Source of the DNA: Auanema rhodensis
Taxonomy: Eukaryota; Animalia; Nematoda
Length of the DNA: 64,000 bases
Direction of reading: 5' to 3'
Assembly: GCA_964057225.1 (NCBI GenBank)
Contig: OZ059895.1
Location: forward strand, 9,238,001-9,302,000
Shown: positions 1-12,745 of the stretch, one piece after another
Position numbering within the stretch: the first letter of the stretch is position 1
Layout of the letters: each line of letters starts with the position of its first letter
Notes under the pieces: model-generated
Told to the model about the DNA's origin: nothing
The model's database searches: none
What the model saw: the letters and a program-made list of their open reading frames with translations, nothing else
Made by a program: the position numbers and the translations under genes

Positions 1-20
1 TTAGCCATTTGCTCCATTTA

Positions 21-114
21 GGACAAAGGCTCGGATAACAATCAGACAGAACGAAAGGAAATTCCAAATATGGTAGCTCAAAACTACGAAGTCGAACGAA
101 TCAAAAACTTGTAA
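21..114 (+). CDS. Probable terminal exon of a gene starting upstream of the window (DKGSDTNQTERKEIPNMVAQNYEVERIKNL*)
   Basis: TTTAG acceptor near 20, open frame to TAA at 112-114, AT-rich 3' region with AATAAA. No homology recognised. Confidence 0.35.
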
Positions 115-888
115 TCATTATTGACAAGCTTTTGCATGTAAAAAATATATATTATTAAGAATAAAATAAATGTTAGACTATATTTGATATATTTAATGAA
201 GAATATGAATAATATATGTTGGTACTATAGAGAATAGAAAAGATTAAAACATCATATAAATAAATGAGAAACAACATATATGTCAGTATATGTAAATAAA
301 TATGAAAATATAGTTGAACTTATTGAAAACACTCCAAATCTTAAATAATAAGAGAGGAAAGTGAATGAATGAGAAACATACATAGATCAGTCAGTTAGTG
401 AGGATTTGCATGATAATGCAACAAGATCCTTTAATTAGTCCATCCGGTCAATAGTGCTACTAAATTAGGTTTTCTCCAACGCGCAGCTTATTTAGGACGG
501 AAAATGCTAATAAAATTGGGAAATCGTGTAGATTTGTCTAAGTAAACACCTTGCTTACTTATACAATTATTAAACACATGAAGTTCTTTGACTAAAAGAG
601 AAATATTACATTTTAAGGAGGCGTTGGCATAAAGGTGCCAGTCACTATTATTCCCAAGTGACAAACATGAAAAATCAAAACGTACTCAAAGAAGTAACTT
701 GGATATTCTTTATCATATTCACATCTCCTAGTCGTATCGATGATCATGATGAAAGTCAAGCTATTCCAAGTCTCTAACCAATATAAACACACATATATTA
801 TGCAAACTTTTTTAAAAAAGAAACAGAAACTATATAAATCTCTTTAAAAAAAAATCTTTTTTTAAAAATTATAATAAATAAAATAGTA

Positions 889-965
<77 letters not shown>
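889..965. repeat. (GA)n microsatellite with two GAAA interruptions
   Basis: Directly visible purine tract. Confidence 0.95.
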
Positions 966-1068
966 TAAATCAAATAATTGCTGATAAATTCATATAGTAC
1001 AAATGAAATTATTCAAATTTATATGACGTTTTCACGTGGCATTTTCTCATTTTTTATCAACGCAATGA

Positions 1069-2036
1069 ATGACTCGGTCAGGTATTTCTCCCAAGGCAAG
1101 CATATTGCTTTTATATTCAGAAAAAAAATTCCATACTAAAGCTATTTTCAGTAAGATCGCAGTCTATTCTTCTACTTTGTTTCATAAAATTCATAGCTGG
1201 TATTCTTATATTTTCTATATATTATTAAAATAAAAATAGTTGGTATATTTCTACAATGCGCTAATGTTTTTGGAAGAAAGAAGCACGCAAGTCAAATCTC
1301 TCAGCAGGTAAAAATGATTTGTGTAGAAATATATTTCCAGAATTTAGAAGCAAGGAAGTGGAATAGTAGGAGTTGGTGGCCCAGAAGAGATAAAAGGTGA
1401 ACCTGCTAGCCGGCTTAAAGAGGTAAATTTCAGATGTATACTTCGCCATGCATATATTTTTTGAAAGAATAAAGAAATAGATAAGCAAAATCAGATAATA
1501 CAAAAAGCTGAAGATACAAAAATGACTCCAAAGGAGGTAAAGTTTTGTGCAAAATAGTTTTACACATTAGGCTGTCAGGAACGTATTGCACAAGGTAAGG
1601 AAGTGCGAAAAAAGACGGATTATGCTACCTTTTTGGATGTCAGCAGTGATTGGGAAGACACTTCCAGGAGCACTAATGTAAGTGAAATTATCTGTTTTCT
1701 TATGTTTAGATTTAGAAAGACAAGTGTAAGACTCCCAAAGAAAATACTATGAAAGATCAAAATCAGAGAGGTAACGAACTCAATCTACCGGAGGGTCAAA
1801 AAAATGAAAAGGAATTGAAAAGTGAGAACATGAGTGAGAAGAAAGTCAACCTGGATAACGAAAGGAAAAGCGAAAAAGAAACAAAAGATGATGAAGAAAA
1901 GGAAGCTAGACAGAGGGAAGAGTCACCACCAGGGCAACTTGCTGCAAAACCAAGAGAAACAGGCGGTCAAGACGAAAATGTTAAAAAAAAAGAAAACGAA
2001 GATAAATTCAAAGCAAAAAAATTAAAAACTGTTTAA
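1069..2036 (+). CDS. Small nematode-type protein: N-terminal hydrophobic segment, ERIAQGKEVRKKTDYATFLDVSSDWED motif, Lys/Glu-rich tail
   Basis: Spliced by eye: MTRSVRSQSILLLCFIKFIAVGIFLQCANVFGRKK...MTPKE|ERIAQGKEVRKKTDYATFLDVSSDWEDTSRSTN|KDKCKTPKENT, joining ORF 1749-2036. The motif resembles the DY-x-T-x-x-DV-x-SDW motif I recall from small nematode-specific proteins. Middle exons uncertain. Confidence 0.55.
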
Positions 2037-2086
2037 TCTTTTATTATATATTTATATATTAATAAAAATATTTTTTGTCAAAGTAT

Positions 2087-3028
2087 TTATAAGTTGTTAT
2101 TAGCTTCTTTTTGGCAAGGTTGTGAGGCTGGAACCACCTCCTGAATCTAGTTGCAAATATAATTTATAGAATAAAGCAGGCAAACCTTCGAATATGATAG
2201 ATAGTTGTTGAAAACCTGGAGGAAGCACATGTTAAAAGCCACAGTAATATGCAAAGTTATTGCGCCTAGATACATCCAAAATGGTCCGAGTTTCGCATAA
2301 AACTTTTCGGAATTAACGAACTTATGAGGTATGCTTTCAATATAAGCATTTCTATTTCCTACAATAAAACACACATAGTAAATGATAATTGAAGAGGAAT
2401 TTACCTATTGCCATAGTTAAGACAACGCTCGCTGCTACCACATCAGTGAAAAACATCAGGCATTTGATAATTGTTTTATGCCAGAGAACAAAATGGGTAT
2501 GATTGAAAGCTATGCCAACAATCTGTCAGAAAACAAAAATTAATACTTAAATTTGTTCTTAAAATCTTACAGCTAAGCAGATCCCAGTGAAGTATAATAT
2601 TCCAACGGTAGTAATAACTACTCGAAAAATAATAATATTATAGAAATATCCATTTCTTTCCATAGTATAATAAGTTAATCCAATTAAAACAATAAGAAAA
2701 ATCTATATAAGACACAATTCATAAGATTAAGAAGTTAAACAAAATTACTTGAACAGCACAAGTTAGCAGAGCTGATGTAGATACATGGAAAAGTTCACAG
2801 CAAGCTGTTGGATAATGTGGACGACATCGTGATTCAATCTATAAAATAAATTATATATTTTCTTTATTAATATTAGTTTAGTTTTACCATGAAAAGAGAA
2901 AGGGAGATGTTTTAAAAAATCAGGAAGAATACTTTAAATCGATAATGTTCAATGTAGAATATCAGAACACAAACCGGATTTTGAAAAAAAACTCTTACCT
3001 TAACAGTATCAGTAGTCTTACTTGTCAT
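2087..3028 (-). CDS. Small multi-pass membrane protein (nematode 4-TM/LAPTM-like type)
   Basis: Exons MTSKTTDTVK, IESRCRPHYPTACCELFHVSTSALLTCAVQ, VVITTVGILYFTGICLA, ORF 2147-2374 core (GPFWMYLGAITLHITVAFNMCFLQVF), last exon IQEVVPASQPCQKEANNNL*. Internal junctions not fully resolved. Confidence 0.45.
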
Positions 3029-3494
3029 TCTTCAGCATGAACGATGACTCCCAAAACTAAATGTGTTGTTCGAATCTATATATACTAAAATTAAAAATTT
3101 GAAAGAGTTAGTAATATTTGAGGGGACAAACCTCAGTCGCTGAACAAGAACGGTCAGAATCAAGAATGACCTCATTTTTGCTGATCAATAAACGTCGAAA
3201 CTGGAAAACACAATGACCTTAAGGATTTCGGCCCATTTCATGAACATGATATAGAAATTTTGAGAAGGATAAGTTCTGAAGCCATAATCAGAATGGAATT
3301 ATCTTATACAACACAAAAAAAGAAAAATTTAATGAAAGATATTAAGGTACATCTTATTAACAAATGGTTGAAACAAATCTATTTAATCCATATTATGTCA
3401 TATAATAGTACTTTGTACAAAAACGGCAAAAATTCTCTACGAATATGTTGACAAGACGATAAAAACCCGCTTGAAGTATTTAAAAAAAAGTAAA

Positions 3495-6400
3495 CTAGAA
3501 AGGTTTGTGGAGCTTAAGAACTGTTTGTAAAGAGTCAGGAAGAGAAGACATAATATCTATTCTTCTAGAAACTGAAATACTGAGCATATAACAGGCTAAA
3601 GCTGCACTTCCATGCCAAGGAAAAGTGTAAAGTTCACAAGATTCTTCCTAAAATTGACATTAAGGAATTATTTTGTTTTGTGGACCGAACCTTAAATTTT
3701 TGCTTAGAAATGCCATCAAAAAGTTGCCGAAATGTAAGTACGGATCCAGTATCAGTTTCAGAAGCTAATAACGATTTATTGGCAAGAACTTGAACTTGTT
3801 TCACTACGTTTGAAGAAAAGGATTTATCTGTAATTGGTCAAATTTAAATAAAAACTAAGAAAACAAGCTATACCTTTCAATAATATTGGACAAGCAAAAC
3901 GGAGAACTAAAATTACACTTATAATTTTTCGAGATAATAGAAGAGATTCGGTTGAATGTTCTTGAGTTGTTTGGCATATTACTACCAAAATATTACGAAG
4001 GATTTCATTCTGAGAAACAAGATCATTCAAAGATTTAATTATTAGACTGATATGAGCATCCTTAAAAAGAAAAATAACTTTTATGATCTAAAACAATGAT
4101 TAAACCTCTGAAATTTCAGTTGAGTTTTCATCTAACTCCTCTCTTATTAATTCTATAAACTCAGTTCTACATAGAATTTGAAGTAACTGAGATAAAAATG
4201 TTGTCGTTAAAGAATCTTGTCGAAGAATACTGTCAAATGAACTTGTTTCTAATGAGTATGTCATAAGTCTTCTTAAAATTTTAAAATAAATATAAATCAT
4301 CTATTGAGTTATACCTCAGCATTTGATATAACATCTTTTTTCTAAATAAGAAATGTGAGATAACACATACACAGAAAAAGTTTTTTTCTTGTGAAGTCAT
4401 TACATCTGATATCTGTATCATACTATCCATTGGGCAATTTCTATAAATATCCTTGTCTTATATTTTTAAGATTTAAAATTTCAAAAACATACAATAGCCA
4501 ATTATTAAAGGATTCATAACAACATGATTCCAAAACAGGTATTCGTCGTATTCGAAGAGTATAATCTAAGCTTATATTCCTGTCATCAATAATATTACAA
4601 GATTCGTTCAAAGTAAAAGCTCTAAATACTTGGCCTATTAAACAAAATATTATTGTAAACAGAAAAAAAATCCAAATACCTTCTTTATTATTGTTTGAGT
4701 GCGATAGTACAGACAGCTCTATAGTTTCAAAATCAGGCATAAATCTGAATATTAAAGTAAGAATCATATAAATAAATGTATTAGCAGCTTACGGAATAAG
4801 CACGGATTGATCAAATACAACTCTTCCTTTTGTTTTGCTATCAGTAGTCATAGCAGGAATTGGACGAGAAGACCACAGCTATAAATAATTTTCATAATAA
4901 GAAAATCTTGACAAAACTTTTTTTTAAAAAACAGGGCGAATAATAGAAACCTGGACGTTATCAACGCAACAATGAGCTGAGTACAACATATTCTTATGCA
5001 GATCGCTGGATCTAAAATTTAAGAAATATTTTTCAGTTATTACTAGAACCAACCACCTGAACTTATTCACACTTAAAGATAACAAAGATACATGTAAAGC
5101 ACTTCTAGCTAATGGACTAGAAAACCTAAACATGAAAATTTCAAACTCGAGCCTATTACAATGAATTTACCTGAATGTACATATGCAATAAACAAAATCG
5201 AAAACAGTTCTAAAATTAATAAAAACTCCAGTATTAGAATTTTTAACGAATGCACAAGTAAAACGTCCAAAAACAGAATCATCTACTGGAGTAATTGATG
5301 ATTGAGACGACTTAAAAACAAAGTTACGCACTGCCTAAAAAGGATAAACTCTTTTCAAAATAAAAATAGAACAACTTTTATTTCAAATAAAGTTTCCATG
5401 TCACTATGCAATTTCCAAACTAAAAGTCGACCCTTTTTCCACATATGAGATCTAATGCCTGAAAGAAATAATCTTTATTAACCATTCTTCAGGCAATCTA
5501 ACAAACATTTCCATAAAATCTCCACACTGGCTACATTCTGATAATCTAAAGATATAGTTTTCATGTCTTAAAGAAAACTGTTATAGGATATTTCATATAT
5601 TAAGTACCAGATCCAGAAAACGAATAGCAACTGGAACTATAAGATAGAGGAAGATAGCTACCGGAATACAGCACACTTCGAGATAAATTGACACCTCGGT
5701 ATAAAGGCATGTTACAATAACTGAAATAATCCAAATAATCTAGATATAAGAAAGAAAATCAACTTGTCTATTATATGGCCTATCGTAGGAAATCTTCTTT
5801 CGCATAGAAGATAGCCCCATGATTCTGCCTTGATTAAGAACTGTTGTATACTACTATTTCCAATATTAACCAATAAAACAAAATATCCTGTATCTTGTGT
5901 GGGACATGGCTTCAAGAGGAAGGTTCCCTTACCACCTAAATCGGTAAAAAAATAGTAAAATTACGTATTCAATACAAACAAAATAATGTAATCCCAGGAA
6001 ATAATAAATATGGTTAACTATCGTATTTGAAGGAACAAATTGATAAATTGAAATGTAAACGAAATCCTTCCTCATATCGTCTAATTATCATATATAAAGT
6101 AGACAAATAATAAAAACTATTTACCTGATTTTAAAGCATCCAGAGCAGCCGGTAAGAGAACAGGATGAAAACAAGGCAAAGTGTCATTCTTGTTTTTATC
6201 AATCTAAGATAAGTATGATACTATTAAAAAAGGGATTAAACAGTAAGAATACCACAGGATATAGTAATGAAGAATCAACACTACCCATTTGGCCAGATCT
6301 TTCATTTTTAGCATAAACATAATTGCCTTCAGCTTCACCTACTTTTGATAGAATATCACCATACCAAACCCTAAAGAAAGGTAAAAAGCCAATTTCATAA

Positions 6401-6531
6401 AACCTGAACCTTTTTTACTTACTCTATTTGTTTTCCATTTATATATTCCTGCTCGTTGACAGCAATAAATTTATTAGAATTATCCTTAATTATGTATATC
6501 AAAATATATAATAAATAAAACTATATACCAT
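3495..6531 (-). CDS. Divergent p120 RasGAP (RASA1/gap-3-like) paralog 1: SH3-SH2-PH-C2-RasGAP, N-terminal SH2 decayed
   Basis: SH3-like GDILSKVGEAEGNYVYAKNERSGQMGSVDSSLL; SH2 GTFLLKPCPTQDTGYFVLLVNIGNSSIQQFLIKAESWGYLLCERRFPTIGHIID; C2-like GRVVFDQSVLIP; GAP motifs ILRQDSLTTT (Arg finger position), VLRFACPILL and VVKQVQVLAN; stop after LKLHKPF. Start is inferred. Confidence 0.75.
3523..4559. repeat. Copy 1 of ~1.04 kb direct repeat (offset 3418)
   Basis: Matches 6941-7977. ORFs 3824-4030/7242-7448 and 4100-4300/7518-7718 are identical. One mismatch noticed (C3580 vs T6998). Confidence 0.95.
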
Positions 6532-6912
6532 ATTTTATAAAATACCACCATAAATACAATCGATTTTTAATTTACAGTCAATATCATTTTTCTCATTACA
6601 TGAAAAGAACCGGGCAATTTACTCAAACAGATTGCCATCCAAAAATACTATGGCCCATTGATGCAATAGTTCCATCGAGTTAAATTTCCTTTTAAAGCTA
6701 ATTTAGCATTGGCGCAAAGTTATTTTTAGTATTAACCATCAATTGTGTAAACTAAAACTTTTATGTACAAAACAGAAACAAAACGATAACAATTAACTTC
6801 CGTGAGCTGTATAAAATACTGTGTACATATATTAAATAAATAACAAGGCACATAATTGATAATACATTAATTACATAGAACAATCTGAATATTATTGTTC
6901 TGATTGAAGATT

Positions 6913-9900
6913 TTAACTATCTTTATGCACTTTCAAAAGTTTTTGTAAAGAGTCAGGAAGAGAAGACATAATATCTATTCTTCTAGAAACTGAAATATTG
7001 AGCATATAACAGGCTAAAGCTGCACTTCCATGCCAAGGAAAAGTGTAAAGTTCACAAGATTCTTCCTAAAATTGACATTAAGGAATTATTTTGTTTTGTG
7101 GACCGAACCTTAAATTTTTGCTTAGAAATGCCATCAAAAAGTTGCCGAAATGTAAGTACGGATCCAGTATCAGTTTCAGAAGCTAATAACGATTTATTGG
7201 CAAGAACTTGAACTTGTTTCACTACGTTTGAAGAAAAGGATTTATCTGTAATTGGTCAAATTTAAATAAAAACTAAGAAAACAAGCTATACCTTTCAATA
7301 ATATTGGACAAGCAAAACGGAGAACTAAAATTACACTTATAATTTTTCGAGATAATAGAAGAGATTCGGTTGAATGTTCTTGAGTTGTTTGGCATATTAC
7401 TACCAAAATATTACGAAGGATTTCATTCTGAGAAACAAGATCATTCAAAGATTTAATTATTAGACTGATATGAGCATCCTTAAAAAGAAAAATAACTTTT
7501 ATGATCTAAAACAATGATTAAACCTCTGAAATTTCAGTTGAGTTTTCATCTAACTCCTCTCTTATTAATTCTATAAACTCAGTTCTACATAGAATTTGAA
7601 GTAACTGAGATAAAAATGTTGTCGTTAAAGAATCTTGTCGAAGAATACTGTCAAATGAACTTGTTTCTAATGAGTATGTCATAAGTCTTCTTAAAATTTT
7701 AAAATAAATATAAATCATCTATTGAGTTATACCTCAGCATTTGATATAACATCTTTTTTCTAAATAAGAAATGTGAGATAACACATACACAGAAAAAGTT
7801 TTTTTCTTGTGAAGTCATTACATCTGATATCTGTATCATACTATCCATTGGGCAATTTCTATAAATATCCTTGTCTTATATTTTTAAGATTTAAAATTTC
7901 AAAAACATACAATAGCCAATTATTAAAGGATTCATAACAACATGATTCCAAAACAGGTATTCGTCGTATTCGAAGAGAATAATCCAGGTGCTCTTGAGAC
8001 TCTGACACCTGAGTAGATTCTTGCTCATAAAGTGGAAATCGCCGAAAGATTTGGGCTGCAGCATTGTGAATGAGAAAGAAGATTAAAAAAAAAACTTACA
8101 TTCTTTACCTGTTTCAGAATGTACGAAAACAGAAACCTCCGCTGTTTCTATAGCGGGTACAAATCTGAAAATGTTAGGATTAGATATGCATTACGGTAAT
8201 TCTGCTCACGGCATCAAGAGGAATTGATCGAAAACAACACTGCCATAACATTTCGCCCCAAACATAGGAGGTAGAATTGGAAAAGAGCAGATCTACAATA
8301 CACAATTATAGATCTCAATCATATTCATAAGCAATACATTGACATTATCTACGCTACATTCGGCTGAGTACAGTTTGCTTTTCTTCACTTTACTTGATCG
8401 AAACTTTATAACTGACAAAGAGAGTAGAGCTACCCTATCTACAAATTGTGTGGAAAATCTGAAATAATATAAGCATATCATATAACGAATAGTTTATAAA
8501 ATTTACATACCCGAAATTATAAACACAGAACAAATAATCTGTAACTGTGCGAAAATTTAAAAATATCCCCATTCTAGAATTTTTGATAAATGCGCATGTG
8601 AATCTCCCGAAAACGCTATCATCTACAGGGTAGATAGAAGAATCGGATGATTTAAACTTAATTGTTCGTCCAGTCTACAAATTTAAAATAAACTCTATCA
8701 CTATAAACGTTTCTACCTTCACTTCCATTATTAATTCTGAAGCGTCATCGTATTTCCCTAAGATAATAGTACCCTTTTTCCATAACTGAGATCTCACATC
8801 TGTAAAATGATTAAATGAAAAATGTATATATTGCTCTATCAGCCATACTTTTCCATAAAACATTTACTTCCGCTACAATTTCGTACTTTCTTGTATTAAT
8901 ATCTGAACAATAATAAATTTAAACCATAATAATATTGGTATTATTGTAAACTTACCAGAAAAAGATGTCAAGTAACAACTACAGCTAGAAGACGACGAAA
9001 CATATTTAGTTGAATACAGAATACCTCTTGATAGAGTAATACCGTGATATAGTGGCATACTACAATATCTAACAAAGATGAAGCTGAATGAAACACAAAT
9101 AACAGTATTAATGAAACCTGTCGATTATATGACCAATTGTTGGAAATCTTCGACCACATAACGTATATCCAGACTCCTCGGCTTTAATAAGAAATTGTTG
9201 TATATCACTATCTCCAACATTTGCTAATAGAACAAGAAAACCAGTATCGTTAGAAGACGGTTTTACTAGAAATCCTCCAACACCACCTAAATAATTTTAT
9301 TACGAAAATCTTGAATCGAAGATAATTTACCTGTTTCTAACTCATTTAATGCTGAAGAAAGTAGGAATGGGTGAAAATATGGTAAATTAGTATTTTTGCT
9401 AGTATCAATCTAAAAATCTTAGCAATGAGTACTGTACATTAAATTAGCAGTTACCACAGGGAATAATAAAGATGAATGAACTGTTCCCATTTGTCCGGAT
9501 CGTTCATTACGTGCACATATTATTTCATCTTTACTATCTCCTATTTTGGAAATTATGTCACCTGCTAACAAGCTAAACAATAAAAATAACAAAAAAACAA
9601 TACTAAAATGCTTACGGAAGTTGATGATCCTCTAATTGCTGTAAATCGTGTAAGGTTATGAATCTTTCAATATTGCCCTGAAAAACTCATAGCTATGGAT
9701 ATGTGCTTGATCCTACCATATCTTCAAGAACTGAAGCATTCACAAAATCAAGCCCGCTTAATCTGCCAAACTCATCACTACCACATGAAAAAAAGCGAAC
9801 AATATCAGAAAGAGATGTAAAGCGCATGCCCATACAAAAATAGTGCGAACCAAGAAACAAAATTCTACAATTTCTTAGTAACTAAGTGTTAAACTGAAAA

Positions 9901-10283
9901 AAACTCACGGTGTATGCTCGATTATAGATATAGATTTTAATACAGACAAATAATATTGGCCATAACAGTGACCACGAAGCATAAGAGATCCTGGGGAGAA
10001 AGTCTAAATTATCGGTGTGATTATTATGTTAAAGGCTGTATGAGAAGTTATACTTTTAGAATCTGCTCGGCATCCTCTGTACTAATGTACTTTCCTAGCT
10101 TTAATTTTTTGAGTGAAGAGACCTAAGCATATGATATTAAACTGATATAAAATCTTAAACCATAAAAATCTTGTATTTTGCAAAAATTAAGGCGTTGTAT
10201 AAACTGATATTAAAACATACTAAGTTAAGTGGCTTCGGAGAGTTTTCGCAGCACCATTCACACACCAACCGGTCATCAGCGTC
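6913..10283 (-). CDS. Divergent p120 RasGAP (RASA1/gap-3-like) paralog 2: SH2-SH3-SH2-PH-C2-RasGAP
   Basis: N-SH2 TFSPGSLMLRGHCYGQYYLSV...HYFCMGMRFTSLSDIVRFF; SH3 ITLHDLQQLEDHQLPLLAGDII; C-SH2 GGFLVKPSSNDTGFLVLL...GRRFPTIGHIIDR; same GAP exons as paralog 1; stop after LLKVHKDS. 5' end uncertain. Confidence 0.8.
6941..7977. repeat. Copy 2 of ~1.04 kb direct repeat
   Basis: Matches 3523-4559, including intron sequence. Confidence 0.95.
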
Positions 10284-10923
10284 TAAAATAAGAAAAATAA
10301 AACTTTAGTGTATGCACAAACTAACTATTCTTAGCTATAATCATAATATTTTTTAGTTGGTTCTAGTTGAAATTGATGGTTCCAGTTGTATTTGAAATGT
10401 TTCTCAACTTTAAGTTATGAACCGCAAACAGCTGATTAAAAATCCATCATAAACTTCACTCTCATGATACGATGTGAAGCTGACTTAAAATGGTAATTAT
10501 TAGTATTCCTTTTCAATACTTCAATACATTCAATTATTTCTCGATAACAAAATCAAACAACTTAGTTTCTTTCATATTAACTGCGCTTCGGGAAAAAGCG
10601 ATCTCCAAATTTAAAAACTGTAAAATTGAAAATATTATGTAAATACAATCGTTTTTGGTTCATCACATTATTCGATGTACCAAATGATATTTACATTCAA
10701 AAGTCCCGCTATTCGGAAATATTGATGTGCTCTTGCGAATTTAAGCTCCTATTACAATATTAATCATATGCATGCTGGCACAGAGCCACAGCTTACTACA
10801 GTAGTCCGGAAAGCGTCAGGACCGCTTGCAACTGCGGCTGCATCGCATCTACGGCTTTGTAGCTAATATTTCTTTCCTTTGAGATCTATGTTTTTTTAAC
10901 AATATTGCTAGATTTTTTTCATA

Positions 10924-12422
10924 ATGTCTGGAGGGACACCTCGAAAGTTTAGCGAGAAGATTGCTATTATGGAAAGAAAGCAAAATGAAGATGTCAATAA
11001 ATTTGAAGACATTATGCGTGAAGTTCGGTCTATTACTAGTACCAATGAAACACCTTCTTCTGTAAATGGCACTCTTCTCCCTCCTTCTTGGCCTCAAATA
11101 GGAGGCTCATTACCAAATGTTGCAAATTTGCCTAGTTATTCACCGGGAGAAAGTTGGCAATGGGAATCCCGTAAACCTGCTTACCAACCCCGTAACTCTG
11201 ACATTGCTTATCACCCATATCGCGGACCAAGAAGCCCAGAACGTGTTCCTCCTCTTCATTTTCATTATGCTTCTTATCCCACTCAAGAAACTCTACAACC
11301 ACCAGAAACATGGCAGCAGTGAGTAGTACAAAACATTACTGATAAATGATAGCCTGTTTTAGTATGAATCGAGCACGATCTGATCCAGCATTAAATCGGA
11401 CTTACCCTGTTCAGCATTCTCAAATAGTCGGTCAACACATGCAGAATTGCGTATGTTTATGCCTTGAGTATTTACATTTTGAATGTCTTCATATTCAGAT
11501 GCCACCAGGATGCAGATCTATATACGGTGGCCCAGACATGGGTCCTGGTCCTAGTGAAATTAACCATTGCTCAGAAAACTCGCAAATGAATCAGCAAAAC
11601 ATGATTAGTCCTATGCTTGTCAACTCTCCTCATGGACAAATGCTTCAATCATATCAGTAAGTTCGAAGAATGCATTTACTATCATTTTAGTCATTTAAAT
11701 TTTTTTTTTAATATTGGTTTGTTACAATATTATTTCTTAGTTATCCAAATGGTAGCCCAATGCAGTCACCTCAAGGCTCACCTATGGGATCTTCGTTGGT
11801 ATTGGACGATAGAAATCATTTAATGGAATTAAGTCCACCAGTGGGGCATGCTTATTCCCCCGAGGTAAATGACCAATTATATTTCACAACAACATCAACG
11901 AATTTAGGTTGGAAGTTTACCAAATCTAGAGCAAATGACTCCAACTGGATATCATGCGGTCGTTGGGCCCCGGTAAGAAATTTAAAAAATTAGAAAAAAA
12001 TTTTGACTATTCTCAAAAATATTTCAGACATAGTACCGGTGGCCAATGTGGTAGACTTGTACCAGCACCTGTGTTAACGTCAGAGTCTCAAAGTGCCCCT
12101 ACCTCTCCTCATAACGTTTTTGATGCATGCCTTCAGCCGCAGTGGCCTGCAGCAAGGTTGGACTTATTTTTTTACTCTATCTGATTTTATGGATTTAGAA
12201 CTTTCTCAAATTCCCCTGAATCCCTTGACATTCCAAAATTAGTACTGACTAATCCGGAGGGGACACATGGTTCTCACTTAGAATGCTTTAATGATTTACA
12301 GGTGAGAAATGAAAGTAAAACAATAGCTTTCATATTTCTTTCAGCATTTAACTTTGGATTCTTCAGATGTGAATTATATGAGTAATGGAATAGATCCAAC
12401 TAGAACATCACTTTCAAACTAA
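10924..12422 (+). CDS. crtc-1: CREB-regulated transcription coactivator (CRTC/TORC)
   Basis: TORC_N motif PRKFSEKIAIMERKQNEDVNKFEDIM; GGSLPNV and RARSDPAL (AMPK/SIK-type sites); IPKLVLT calcineurin-docking-like motif; TAA at 12420-12422. Confidence 0.92.
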
Positions 12423-12745
12423 AATATTGATACACAAGATACTTCAAAATACATTTTAACAAATCTTTCCTGCCTAACCTGCCCGTTTTAGCCCATATCA
12501 TATGACATATTAAAATCAATTCATGTGATCATCAGGTATATATAGTTCAATTAACTGCGAAGCTGCAATAGCAAGCCAGGGTCTTAAAGTAATTGTACAT
12601 ACAACTTTTTTACTAATGGACAAATTACTTAGTAATTTTATTTTAAAACTTAATAAAAATTATCAATAATTTCAACGTATAACGAACAACAACAACAATA
12701 ACAACAACAATAACATTTGAATAAATTGTTTTAGCTATTCAGGGT

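Noticed and set aside
3523-7977. The 1 kb direct repeats as LTRs of a retroelement
   Set aside because: The repeats are spliced RasGAP exons and introns; no gag/pol and no TG..CA/TSD structure.
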